DNA of 64,000 bases, from positions 202,038-266,037 of the forward strand of contig RDEW01000012.1 in the NCBI GenBank assembly GCA_011109175.1, read 5' to 3'. Position numbers and translations under genes: made by a program. The DNA is from Dicyema japonicum. Its lineage: Eukaryota; Animalia; Dicyemida. The notes beneath the pieces are model-generated. The model saw only the letters and a program-made list of their open reading frames with translations. It ran no database searches and was not told where the DNA came from. Position 1 is the stretch's first letter. Every line of letters starts with the position of its first letter. Below, in pieces: positions 30,868 through 43,572 of this stretch.

Positions 30868-32065
30868 ATGATGTTGTGGGTTAATGTGGAATTGTTAATA
30901 ATAATAATAATGGTTATTGTGGCTATTGTCGTTTACACTGCTGTAATAATCAACAATCCAAATACAAGGCATAAAAAACAAAAAACTAAAAGTAACCCAA
31001 TTATTAAAGTAATAGACAAAGCATCCAAGCCATCAAGTGAAATAAATGACTATATTTTCAATAATTCATTTAAACGAGAAAATGTTTCTTCCATAATCTC
31101 AGTGCTGTTGGAGAAGGTTTCTCAAGAGTTATGGGAGGAGGTTACTTTTTTTACAATAATATTAGATAATTCCCCTTCATAATAGTACTATAATAAACTC
31201 AAAAGATGTGGAATAGGGAAATGTTGGAATTTAACTTATTTTTAGTGAGAGACGAGGCGTCAGCTATGAGGGAGAGATTATCACAGACCATTCATAAACT
31301 GACACTGGAATCCTGCAATAATAAGACTTTGGAAGAGAATATGAAATCTAAAATTTCCAGTTTATATGTAAAGATTGAAAAATTGGAGGAACAATTCACC
31401 AAATCCATACAAGCATACAAGTATGAGGAGAAAGAGTTATATGGGGAAATAAGTATGAGTGATGGGAGATTCTGTGAGTATATGAAAATGAAAGAATGTG
31501 AGAAAGACAATAAATTTGGTTTGATAAAACGAATAGAATCTGTTCGGTAGTGTTGATGTCTTATATAAGGAATAACTGTGGATGGGAGATTGTGGAAGAA
31601 GCAGAAAAGCGGAAAAATATACTAATAAGTGAACTTTGTGATGCAAATAAAAGTGTTTTATCAATGAATAACAGAATATTACATTTGAATAGTCATTTGG
31701 AAGAAGGAAAGCAAGTTACTAGGGTTTGCTGTGTAAAATATTAAAGTTTGATGCTGAGTGTATGCAAACAAAAGAGAAGTTGGTAATAAAGGAGGCGAGA
31801 GTTGTTCAATTAACTAATTTTGTGGCCCATTTAAGAAATGAAGTATTATATTCAAAGACAGAATTGAATGAGACTGAGAAACAGTTGACAAAAGTAAACG
31901 AACAATTGAATAAATCAAAGAATGAATGTAAATCGGGGGTTTATTATATTATTATTATAGTTTGTCAATTTGACTATCAATTATGTTGATATGAAGAATA
32001 AACTATCAGAGGCATATAGTAAATTAGCTAAATTGGAATCAAATAATTCCACATTATTATGTTAA
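30868..32065 (+). CDS. Hypothetical protein with N-terminal membrane anchor and long coiled coil
   Basis: Hydrophobic LLIIIIMVIVAIVVYTAVII followed by heptad-rich exons (ERLSQTIHKL...IEKLEEQF; TELNETEKQLTKVNEQL) joined by ~22-nt introns such as 31939-31960. Internal junctions only partly resolved. Confidence 0.7.
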
Positions 32066-32184
32066 TACGTGGTGGTCTATATTTTAATAATATGGTTTTG
32101 TTTATTATGATCACTCAAGTTTACTCCGATAGGCATAAGAACCCACTTTTCTCTTTTACACAAACACCCTCTCTGAGGCTTCAC

Positions 32185-32320
32185 ATAAGATATTTCCCTT
32201 CTTAAGCATTATCATTAGCACTTTCACGAGAGCCATAATAGCATGTGCAGCAAAAAATATAAGAAAATTAGTTAGTTTGCTTCAAGCTCTTCTGTTCTTA
32301 GCCAGGTCCCTCCTTAAACA
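32185..32320 (-). mobile_element. RTE 3' terminal fragment
   Basis: CACTT(T)CACGAGAGCCATA...CATGTGCAGCAAAA matches 59895-59945. Minus strand reads DLAKNRRA. Confidence 0.65.
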
Positions 32321-32404
32321 TCCACCGTATAAATAATAAATTTAAACTTTTGTTTATTTTATAATAATAATTTTATTAATATTTGAATTTCACGTTTTGT
32401 TTTG

Positions 32405-33814
32405 ATGTCGCTTTGTGGAGACCTAAGACCGTTAATAGAGAGTATGAGGGTAATCTTAATTATATAATAACAGAAATGTGAAGATGTAGTTAATACATCA
32501 CAATTAATATCAGATTGTTTCTGTAATATTATTAAGACCAGTTCTTATTCCAATCAAACTAGAAATAGATTCATTGAGTATTTGAATGTTTGTGAGAAGC
32601 ACGTATCTCATAATACAACAATACTAGTTCATATAATGAAAATAGCAGAGATTAGTGATGTATTATCAAATCAACAAAACAATGCCTTTTTGTTCAAAAA
32701 TATAATCGGGGTTAATATTTCTCTTATATTAGAAAGTAACAAAGATGTTGTTAAAACTTGATAATGAAAAAATGTTAAATTCCTATAAGCCATACCTGGT
32801 ATATTCTGATGTTGTACACTGTTGTCTCTGTACTATAAACTCACTCATAACAGACAGATTATACGACTACTCAATTTATATGAGATTTATATGTTTGATT
32901 GAGTGGACAAATGACCTATTTAATATAAATAGTAGTAATAAAAGACACATCCTGGGGAAAGTATTATTGAATGTTCTGACATTAGCTGTAATTATAATTG
33001 TTATTGTAGACTAATGATGATGTTGTACACTTTATTAAATTATTTCCTAAATTCATTCATCACTTGACCTGTCCTGTTACATTCTGTGATGTAATATTTG
33101 ACAGTCTCTCCATTGGTGGTGTTGGTGCAATTTTGAGTTTACAGTCAATATTTATATTAATGGTTCACCATAATATGTAGTATATTTTGTAATATATAGT
33201 GAATATCCCCAAATATATCATGATTTGTATTGCCTCATGGACTATTCACTATTCAATCATTCAGAATGGACTTTGTTCTTTGTACAGACTGATAAATTTA
33301 TGTCATCTACGTATTATTAATGTAACACTAAGACATATCCCAATATCATACACTCTATCTTTTGCTAAAAAGGCTGCTCGTTTGTCCTTGTCTAGTTATG
33401 CTCAGTCCAATGTTGATTTGATTCTACAGTTTATTCTCAACATAATGTGCAGGCATCCATCGGCACGTGTCTTACTTAATAATGAGACACAAGAATGTAT
33501 TTATCATTATAATTTAAGCTGTTTTATGTGATCCCTTTGTTTTTGAAGAGAGAGACCCTGATAAGACCAATGCCCATTTGTCATCATTATGGGAGATTAA
33601 GGTTGTTTACTGTTTTATTTTTGACATTGGAGTCTCACTACAAGTCTGACATATCAATGTTGTGCAGTAAACTATGCAATCATGTCGATGATGATTCCAT
33701 TAGGGACTTGTCACATATGGTTAAAGATAATGTATAATTAATATATATTATTAGGTTAATTTTATCCCTGACAGACATTATCTGACTCAATTTATTGTAA
33801 ATTCTTTATATTAA
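32405..33814 (+). CDS. NOC4L: Nucleolar complex protein 4 homolog (CBF/Mak21 domain)
   Basis: GGVGAILSLQSIFILMVHHN; LSFAKKAARLSL; QFILNIMCRHPSARVLL; YDPFVFEERDPDKTNAHLSSLWEIK...SHY. These parallel Noc4 AFAKRLARLAL, NLLRRHP and DP...DP..S.A..SSLWE. Confidence 0.88.
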
Positions 33815-33869
33815 TTTATTATCTTTAATTCACATAATAAAACAAATATAGTTATTGACCTAAAAATGA

Positions 33870-34930
33870 TTGAAATATGTCGCTCATGGTGAGCAAACAT
33901 GCACAATTCGCAACAAATCAAATTTCGTCTTCTACAAAAATCCAGAAACCTCATTATAATCAACTACAAAATGTATCTCAAAGATCCGAATGGAAATCAC
34001 AAGCTTGTATTTGTATGGACAATGAGTTTAACCTCAGCACTCCAATACCAGGCTCATCTTGGAATGAATAAAATAGGGGATCTCTGCAATAAACACTACT
34101 TCCATATTAAAATAAGTGTTATCCGCAGAGTAATTAATTCCTGTGAATCTTTAAGCTTTCTATTTTTTAAAAGTTTGTTTTTTGATAGATAAGAAAATTA
34201 ATAAAAAATCTGGTTTCGAAGTAAATCCTAAAAATTATATATTTAATTTAGGTTTCAATGGAATTAAAAGGCATATTTTATGAATATGGGCTTTGTATAA
34301 TTTTACAATCAGAAAATGCTACAAAATTTAAAAATTATGATATTCGGGCACTTACTAATAAATTTAATATTAAACAAGTTCACGGAAGACCAAACAATCC
34401 TCGTTCTCAAGGTATTCAGTTGTTTTTATATATTTTTAAGGTTTCATAGAACGATTCAATCAAACCATCACACGGATTCTTTCAAAAATGATGGCAAAAA
34501 ACGCTGAAAAATCTGGGATTCAAATGTTATTTAGTGCCACTTATAACATAACTGCTCATTCGTCGAGCGGCAGAACACCTTTTGAAATGTATATAAGCAT
34601 TCTTGGTTTTAACATTGTTACACTAAATGATGGTCGGTTGTATATTTTTCAATAATTTGACATAGATTTGGAGAATAATATTTGCGAAAAGACAGTAAAC
34701 ACTGATGTTGTTCTGTATGATGAGTCGTTAGACGAAACGAATAATGAAGCTACAAAGTCTGCTTGTGAAATGGGTTACAAAAATGATTTTAAAATTAGAA
34801 AACTTTCAACTTAAGTTCATAAAACCAAATTTGAATTCACCTTATTTTAAGAGGATGAACAAAAAGCTGAATGTTTATCATGGTAAATACACGTTTTCTA
34901 TAGGAGATCAAGTTTTTATTAAATAATTAA
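33870..34930 (+). mobile_element. Decayed rve-type integrase element (Ginger/KRBA2-like)
   Basis: HHCC-like AHLG...HYFHI...VINSCES; ILQSENATKFKN...IKQVHGRPNNPRSQG..IERFNQTI; YTYNTAHSS..RTPFEM; C-terminal FSIGDQVFIK. Internally deleted; no LTR, RT or gag seen. Confidence 0.7.
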
Positions 34931-35089
34931 ATGTAAGTTCGAGTTTTAAAAAATTATTGAACTAATCCTTTTCTAAGGATGAATAAATTTGCGAGTCCAT
35001 ACTGTGAGAATGTAAAAGTTTTAAGTTTATTATCAAACAATCTTGTAGAGGTTAATATGTAAAAAAATATTTTTAGGTTTGTTTATCAA

Positions 35090-35390
35090 CTGGTGAAAAA
35101 AATTATTCCAATGCATATGGTTAATAGTCGACTTACAAAACTAGAAGTTTTTTTCGCTTATGCATACAAGAAGTCAAAAAAAGGAGCTCTGGAGAGATCG
35201 TTGTGTACAATCAATGAAGAGATTAGAATTGTTGGAAGAAAGATTAGGATGCACAAGTCGAGAATGGAATTTCGAAGAGACAATTTATGCTTTAAGCTTA
35301 ATAGAAGACGATTCACAAAGTTGGTGAAGCCTCGAAGAGTATTCCACATCCTCGTGAAGGAGGACTGTTTGTTTAGGGTATACATAAGGT
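35090..35390 (+). mobile_element. R4/Dong-like non-LTR fragment
   Basis: KIRMHKSRMEFRRDNLCFKLNRRRF resembles the pre-RT region of R4-type elements. Confidence 0.5.
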
Positions 35391-36200
35391 TACTTGTCTC
35401 TTTCCTGTTTCATTTTATCCTTGTATCTGATATCTCTTTCCAAGGCTCGGATCCTTATTCTGGTTTCCCAAGATTGATTCTGTAGGCTTTTAGGCAATTT
35501 CTTTCCTTCGTAAGTGAATCTGATGCGCAATAAAGCTTCTTAGTTAAGTGGATTGGCTTTCTTTTGATAAAAGTCCTCATGCCCTCAAGCAATACACCAT
35601 TGAAGTAGAGTAAAGGGTTATCGAGGGAGTTGAAGTTGTTAAGGTCAAAACCATACAAATTATAGTCGACAAAGTGTGAAACAAACTCCAGTTGACATTT
35701 TTGTATTCTGGCCGTAACACTGTTTTCCTTTTAATACACAATATTCCTTTGAACGTGATGATAATAGGGTTATAGTCACAGATAATGTCGTATGATACTG
35801 ACCAATTGATTTTGATTAGGGCGGGAATTTTTGACGAAACAAGTGTCAAGTCGGGGGAGGAAGTTCAGTCGTTTTCTCTGTAGGGGGTTCTTGTGTGAAT
35901 CTGGGATTGTTTAATATTACAAGTTGGTTCAGCGTCGATAGCAAGTGGATTCCTCTGGAGTCTTCCGGTTGGTTTTTGAACCACATCGGATGTTTCGCGT
36001 TCAGGTCTCCACATCCTAATAGGTTATTGGCAGAATTTTCGACATTGAAGATAGCAACGAACTGGTCTGAATGATGCCGGGACGTTTTTGGTTTCCCATC
36101 TTCAATATCGGGTGGATGAAGGCAAATTTCCATAGTGAGGGATCGCATTTTCCCTTAAAAACCAATTCTAGACCTTTGTAAGGGTCCTGATCCCCTCCGG
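35390..36200 (-). mobile_element. LINE fragments: RT N-terminal piece abutting an APE piece (rearranged)
   Basis: PSLWKFAFIHPILK...SLLSSMSKIL at 36020-36150, then GDLNAKHPMW, CDYNPIII and NVNWSLF at 35600-36015. Confidence 0.75.
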
Positions 36201-36325
36201 TCCAAGAATTTTCAGCAGGCATTCGTGAAGGTGTCTTAATAATAATAAATGATTTATAAAACCTAATAAAATATTTATAATAATTAAAAAAATTAAAATT
36301 CAAGCGTCCCCGTTAAGAACCACTG
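36190..36325 (-). mobile_element. hAT terminal fragment
   Basis: Minus strand begins TAGAT|CAGTGGTTCTTAAC, a Buster/Charlie-type TIR. Confidence 0.5.
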
Positions 36326-36349
36326 ATCTAAACAATATCACCGTACTTG

Positions 36350-36660
36350 TTTGCTGTCAGGGGTGTCTTCCGAAAGCAGTGCATGGCTCAACACCATTTC
36401 TAATACAGTTTTGGGTACCTTTCTGGATGATGAATGGGTCCGTTTGTTCCGATTGCTTTTGAAATTTCTTGTTCCATTGCGCCTGCTACACTGGAATTCT
36501 TGAGTCGTCTAGGGAATCTGATGTCTACACGAACAGGAGATTCCCGATGCGCTGCTGGTATTTAAGTGACTTTAGCTCGCCATCCCGAGATGGAATAGCC
36601 AAGCGGGCGGTCAAGGCGGCCACTGCGTGACCTTTTGGTATATTTTATTCTGTTTTAACA
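36350..36660 (+). mobile_element. Internally deleted CRE 3' fragment
   Basis: SESSAWLNTISNTVLGTFLDDE joined to FVPIAFEIS...TLEFLSRLGN, homologous to 5290-5380 and 5780-5860. Confidence 0.7.
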
Positions 36661-36895
36661 GTAAAAAAATATATTATATATTGTCACGGGATATTAGTGT
36701 TAGATTGTGTTTTGCAATCGAGGGAATAAGAGATTATCAATTGATGATAATTCAAAATTTTATCCTACAATAGACTAGTTATCGACAGTTTACCATTAAA
36801 TGTAGATTATGAATCAACGAAAAGAGAACAATTATAAACTGTTATCTGAAAGCAATAACCAATAATTTGAAACAAAAAGATAACAAAGAAAATGT

Positions 36896-39800
36896 TTAGA
36901 TTCCGATATCTCTTCTAATCCTTCCCAAATAATTCAAATGTCCAAACTGACAGAGTGCCTCATCATAAGCTAATAATAAATATAATGAAAACTAATGATA
37001 GAATTATTAACATCCTGAAGGACATCCAAACCCAATTCAATGGCCCCAATCATAAACTGAGAATAATGTTGATTTATAATAGTATGAACATCAACACACC
37101 CATAAACTGATTTAAGTTCAAATATTTCTTTGGATGCCTATGTAATAAACAATAAAGACCTGTTGGTAATCACAATTATCACTCAAAGCATCTCTAATCT
37201 CATTTAATCTACGAGAAACAGTCTCTTTGTCATTACCAAACCATATCAATGTCTAAATTATATACAAAACAAACATCCTTAACATCCACTATTTTATATT
37301 CATTAATTTCACTTTCAAAATAATCATAAATGTTATAATCAAACATTTCATCAGAAAACAAATTAGAGGATAAACACTGTGATTACTAAAAGTGATAACC
37401 TGTTCAGAATATATATTTGTAATAATTTTAGAAATAGATTTTATAATTTTAAGAAATAAATAATCTGGATCTCTCCATTTGTGTTCTTCATAATTACAGA
37501 GAAATGTCCTCAATTCTTTAACAATAACATTAACAGAGAATTGATGACTGGAACTGTTAATCCGTTTACACAATAACATAAAACACAAAATATAATAATA
37601 AATATACATTTAGTAGATTTGTAATATAAATGTTTGGGTAATTACCAGTTGATAGGGCATCCTGACTGAGGGATATTAGAGTACTAAATAATAATAATAA
37701 TATACCAATATATATAATCTCCATAACAATTATTAATAACCAAATATATTAAATAATTAAGAGATTGTATTATCATATTATTATGTATTCTCTCATCATT
37801 TAATAATAGTAATAGTAAACTTGTTAAATCAATTAGTGTTTGTTTGTTAATTGTTATTGAATAATCATTATTATTAATAATCTAAATATTATCAATAGTA
37901 ACCTTTATTAATAAACAAATATTCCCATTAAAATTTTCAATAGTTTCTATTTGTGATTCCTTAAGATATCTGTTGTATAAAAGTCTTAATTGTATTGTAA
38001 CAAACATGACAATTCTGTCAATATGTGAAATAATACATTTACTATAATTAAGCATTTCTCCAACCTATAATTAATATTTATTATTACTTGTATTATAGCA
38101 GTCATGGCAGAATCAAAATTACTGCTTACTAATTGAGATGGAATTACTTCTATTATAGTTAATGGGAGTTGTTGTCCAACATTACAAGAGTCATCATTTA
38201 CAGATCTTAGAGGCACTTGCACATTGGATTGAATTAATGACAGTATTTCATTCTCTTTTGAAGAATGCAACTCTGTTTTAACAGATTTGAATGGTTTTAT
38301 AGGAGAGTCATCCAAATCTAGTTCAAAGCGAGGAAGATCCAATACACTAGATCTTTTTATCATTGACGGATTATCCAATGTACTAGATCTTTTTGTCACT
38401 GATGAATGAAAATTAATTTGAGATGGTATTTCCTGAATTTTCTCAACATCTTCAATCTTGTCTCCACTAATTTGAGGTATCTTACCAGAACGACGAATCC
38501 GTTCATCAACAAAACTCATATCCTTATCTGACAACTAATATAAATAAAGAAAACTACATTGCCCAATAAAGTGTAAACATTATCCCCGACCTGAGAATAA
38601 GCAGCAATAATAGCATTGAGAGCAGCATTTCTAACAGAATTATCTCTATCACCAATAGTTTGTCCAACCATTTTCAATATTAGAGTCATTTCCTTATTAT
38701 CAAATATATTGGATAATATAATTCCTTCCAGGACTTCAAGACACTCTATAATTACAATTAATTATAACCTGTTCTTAATTTTGCAGATTTTGATTTAAGT
38801 CCATCCAATACATGAGTAATAAGCTTAGATGGACCAGTAATTGATATTATTTGTGAGAATAGTGATCTACTCTGTTTACGAACATTCTCTTTATTATTAG
38901 CAAACTATATATTTATAATAATAATACCTTCTCTATTAAATACGGAATAAATGAGCTTATCTCAGAATCCTTTAATGTTAAATCTGATGAATTAAATATT
39001 ATTTGTAAAAATTCAAATGTTTTTATATGAACTGATGGATTTGTGTCAAAAAACCTCAATGATGCCCATTTAAGGATAACATCCACATTAGACATAATTT
39101 CAACACTATATTGATCAAATGACTGGTATTAAACAGTAATAACCTTAGTAATTGTTTCCAATGCTGCTAAATGTTGTTTAAAGTCGGAATTAAATAAATT
39201 ATCAATTAGGGACTGTGAGAATGTATATTCCATAATTGTTCGTAATTGATCAACGTGGTCTTGAGTGGGAGTTTGAAAATTCCACTTTAACAACTACAAT
39301 AATACAATTGTAATACTCGTAAATTTTTTGCAAGTTTCTACAATTTATAATAATTATTACTCTTTCACTTGACATTCTGATAAGGGGATTGAGACTTCCT
39401 CTTGTTTGGGTTTTATGATCTCTGTCACTTTTTTGATTGGAACTTCTTTTTTAGTTGGAGCTTCAATTTTCTTTTAAGATTTTTGGATTTCTTTGTTTGG
39501 GAGTCTTTGTTGGTTGAGGAATATCATTGGATGTGGGTTTAATGGCAGGTTTGGCAGTTGATTTGTCATAGTAGTCTTTGATCTAATGATCAGTGTATAG
39601 ATAACCTTAGCGAGTTTAATATCCTCAATGTCATCCAACAAGGGAATGATTGTCTTCTCTCCATATGATTTTTCATAAGCAGCTATAATTTCAAACCCGG
39701 CTTCTCTGACATCACTATTAGAATGTGACACCAACTACAGATTAATGATAGTAATTACAGTTAATAATGCACTTATCATGGTTTTTAAGTTCTTTTTAGA

Positions 39801-41261
39801 AAGTGCAGAAATGATCTAGCATTCATTGAACGAAGCAAAAGTTGTGAGACTTCAATTCTTATTTTTGGATTCTTAGATTTTAATAGTTCGATAATATCAT
39901 CAAATATATTATCAATATTAACCTGTAGTAATGATAATATAATACAAGATTATAGAAAGAATCACAAGCTGTCCTTAGTGCTGTTAAAATATTTACTTTT
40001 CTCTCAGAGAGTCTAGCAAGTCCAGCTAATAAACACTATAATAAATATAATAATGACAGAGTCAGCATATTGAGTGAAATTCTTTTTAAGACCAATACAT
40101 ATTGAATTTAATAATTCAACAGCTTGCATTACAAGAATGACATTAGCATCCTTTGCAACAATCTATGATAATAATAAGTAATCACCTTTTTTAAACAAGT
40201 AATGAGTGGATCATAATCATGCGAAGGGTCGAGTCGATTAATTGTTTTACCAACAATATCCCCCAAATCTGTCAAAGCTGAATTCCTTTCCTTCCAATTT
40301 TTATCAGTCTACAATGATAACAAATTAAACAGCTCTAGTAAAGAAATCACTTGGTAGTTTAGGAATTAAATCCCACAAAACAGTCAATATCATCATCATC
40401 TAATGTTGTATACTAACACACCTTCACAAGTATGATCTGATTGGTCAGGTTGAATCTCAACAATCTCAGCACATTGTTTGTGTGATCTAATAAATCTCTT
40501 TGGGGTTGGTTTGTCATATGTAACAAATTGTTTATATAATTCTTCCACCTATAAATAAGTAATAATACAACAAGAGATTGTTTAACTGCGGAAAAGTGAG
40601 ATTTAATAGGGTCTCCCACCCATTTATACATTTCCACAAGCAGTACCTTAGCTTCTTCTCTTACATTTTTGTCACGTGCCTCGATTAAAGGTATTACGTC
40701 CTTAATCATTCTCTTTACGGAAATAATTTTGTTACCAAATTGTCTAATATGATTATTAAAGATAACTCTAATGATTCTTTCATAATTTGTAGACATGAAA
40801 CAACCACTTTTGGATTCTTGTGGAATATCCCCTTAAGTAACTCGTCCTGAACAATCTCAGACTTTTCCTTTTCTACATAATTGAGAATAATTTCCAAGGA
40901 TAGTTGTTTTGTCTTAGGTTTAGAACCCAAACACTTTGACACAATCATTGAGATTACATCACTTACCATTCTGTTGATTAATTATTAGTACTTTTCAGCA
41001 GTCACAGTATTTGATACAAATGATTGTGCAGCTTCCAAGGCTTTGTCGAGATTATTCATATTCAAATCGCATAATATCTTCGGGACAAGTGATGAGTATG
41101 TTAACATTTGAGGTTCTTTTTCATTACAGAATTTAAAGAATTTTGACAACTCTGAATATCCAGTTGCCCTCACCTGCCAATTCTTTAATATTTAATTTAT
41201 GACTTACTTTATGCATGCATTTCTCTTCAGTCGGTAATTTGGAAAAATCTTCCTCACTCAT
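36896..41261 (-). CDS. CKAP5: XMAP215/ch-TOG microtubule polymerase, shortened (~1300 aa), multi-intron
   Basis: MSEEDFSKLPTEEKCMHKNWQVRATGY (TOG1); LIPKLPSDFF...KNWKERNSAL and SDVREAGFE (TOG2); LKWNFQTP...DVILKWASLRFFDTNPSV...SSFIPYLIEK (TOG5 type); C-terminal helical region ending YLGRIRRDIGI*. Confidence 0.93.
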
Positions 41262-41444
41262 AAATAACACCACAGCACCGCCTTATCAAATATTTATTTT
41301 ATTACAAAACATTATTGTAATGTGTAATTATATAATTTAATGTTTTTATATTGGGATAATTTAATTTCTTTTCCATAAATTTGAGTAATTTAATTAGCTA
41401 GCATATCTGAGTCAATTTTATAATGTTAATGTTAGCCGCGTGGC

Positions 41445-41760
41445 GCCATGTGGTGCTTCGTGGCTAGTTGGTGAAGTTTCTGTTCGTTCGTCTGTTCCTC
41501 CTCTCTTTTCCTATTAGAGTGGCGTCATGTGATCCACCTGTCTAGGTGGCGCCCACTGCCAGGCCGGCACGAAAAAGGATCATATGCTCTCCCCCACTCC
41601 ACTGGAGGGATTTCCACAACTGCAAGTATGGACGTCTTTTACCTTTTTTGTTGATTCCGGATGGACTTTGTGTAAGTGGAAACTGGATACACTTAATTAA
41701 TTGTTTACTTTAACTTCTTTCTCGGTGTATTTGGGGTTAATAAATAATAAATATTTAATA
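41445..41760 (+). mobile_element. tRNA-derived SINE (family A), copy 2
   Basis: Head GCCGCGTGGCGCCATGTGG...GAAG...GTTCG aligns loosely with tRNA-Arg/Trp 5' ends. Body is colinear with 22792-23102; GGATACAC hairpin and TAAA tail. Confidence 0.8.
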
Positions 41761-41939
41761 ACATAACTTTTCTTTGCTTAAAGTAAAATGTGTGTCATCT
41801 CTGGTAGGATCTATAGCTAATATGGCTCTTCATAAAGTGTGTTCTGTTTTTTCAAAAGTCCACTATGGGCTTCTTGGCTGAACGTAACTTCAGAAGAAAT
41901 TGGATTTAGAAATCGTGGATTAAAATCCTAAAGATGGAG

Positions 41940-42160
41940 TTTTAGCGAAGGTCAATTCTCTTCAAACATATCCCACCCGTGAGGCGACTAGTTCTTCTGG
42001 AACGACAGTTGTTGAAAAGGATCTTCCGTCCCCGTTCTACCAATTCTGTTGGATCTTCGAGGACCCCGAACGAGAGCCAGAACCCGGAAAACCGGGATCA
42101 CTTAGTTAGTAGTTAACTTTTAACTTTTTCTAATCCGGTGATCTTGGGGTAAAAAAAAGG
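41940..42160 (+). mobile_element. Hairpin-tailed retroposon with a distinct body
   Basis: GGGATCACT at 42094 pairs with GGTGATCTT at 42137, then GGGGT and an A-run. Confidence 0.6.
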
Positions 42161-42379
42161 ATTTTCTTACCATTCTCCTTGGTTAACTCTACTGGTGTAT
42201 ATAGTCATCCTGAATCTCTTCCGCCTATGAATGATGTGATTTTTCGCGATGATAGGACGTGTGATAAAAATGGAAGATGGACTTACTTTTTCATCTCTCT
42301 TCTGAAGTAGAGGCCTTTAATTGACTATTGGAGTATGGATTTGGTCGGCATAAACAGACGTTCCTTCATTATTTTAATT

Positions 42380-42780
42380 ATTTGACTTTATGTGTTGGAC
42401 TTGGATTATGGACAACCACACCGACTGTCTTTGATGAAGACCTTAAAGAAATAGGGAGACGTCTCGAGAACGGGAAGGACCTTGACAGGCTGCGTGACAT
42501 GACAAGATTTGGCTGAAAATAGAAGATGCTAACTAGTAATTTTTCTTGTTGCACATGCTTTGTCATAACCTAAGAATGGACCAAGCTGTTTCCGGCAAAC
42601 AATCTTAGCTGACTAACAGAGCAGTTTTGGATAGTGCGGACGTCCGCTCTATGACAATTCACAAAGATTTTGAGACTGTTAAAAAGAAACTCGAAAATGC
42701 AAACGACCTAAATGTCCTTCGAAAAGTCGCCTTCTAAAGGAAAGCGAAAAATCTAAAATAGTAGGTTGTCCACGGTGTTG
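42380..42780 (+). mobile_element. Two tandem RTE 3' fragments
   Basis: TTPTVFDEDLKEIGRRLENGKDLDRLRDM, and a second GRP...IHKDF...KLENANDLNVLR. Both are homologous to the C-terminus of 63231-63707. Confidence 0.65.
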
Positions 42781-43572
42781 AAGAAGCGGCGAGTAGATAA
42801 CTTTCTTTTAGTTACGTTTTGCAAAATAATAATAATCCGTATTTTATCGAAATGTTATCTAATAATGTTAATTTTATAAAATTAAATCCTCGTGTGGGTG
42901 TTTGGGAGATTTAGAATCATCACTTATTCAAAAAGCCAATTAGATTAGCCCTCTAAGTAATCTGTGGTGTTTTGAGTTGAGATCTGCACATATTATAATT
43001 TTTCCAAATGTATTCACGTCAAGTTCATATTGCGTATCTATGAGGTTTCCAAATATGCAGACTAACAAAGTGGACAGTCTTTTAAACTTAAAAGTCTGAC
43101 AAAATTCCAAATTAATTTATAAGTTTATCCAAAAACGTTAACTTAACCAGGACATGATCCAATAAATTATAATAAAAACCACAAAAGAAATTTAACAATT
43201 TTTCGTTAGGACTTTTTCTTAGAAAATTTTTCAAAAATAGGCCAATTTGTGAGGGTCGAAGTGGTTGCTTTTTTATACACACAAACTCACTATTTTTATA
43301 AAATTTGAACCACGAAAATTCATTATTCCATCCTCCCAGGAAGGGGATTTACTGGAGCCACCTTTGTTCAGTATGGGAATCTCTATTACGACTCTGAACT
43401 GTACTTTGATGATTGCACTGCCAATAAAAAGCTGCAGAACTTTGGGCTAACTTTGAGATTTAGTTTACTTAGCACGCATATCTTAGTTGGGACTGCCGTA
43501 CTTAAGCGATTGAAGTCGTAAACAGACGTTATAAGAGAAATAATATATAAAAGGAATAATTAATATAAAACG

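Noticed and set aside
41451-41560. TGGCGCC(A/C) as an LTR primer-binding site
   Set aside because: No LTR pair or gag/pol is adjacent. The motif fits the A-box region of a tRNA-derived SINE head.
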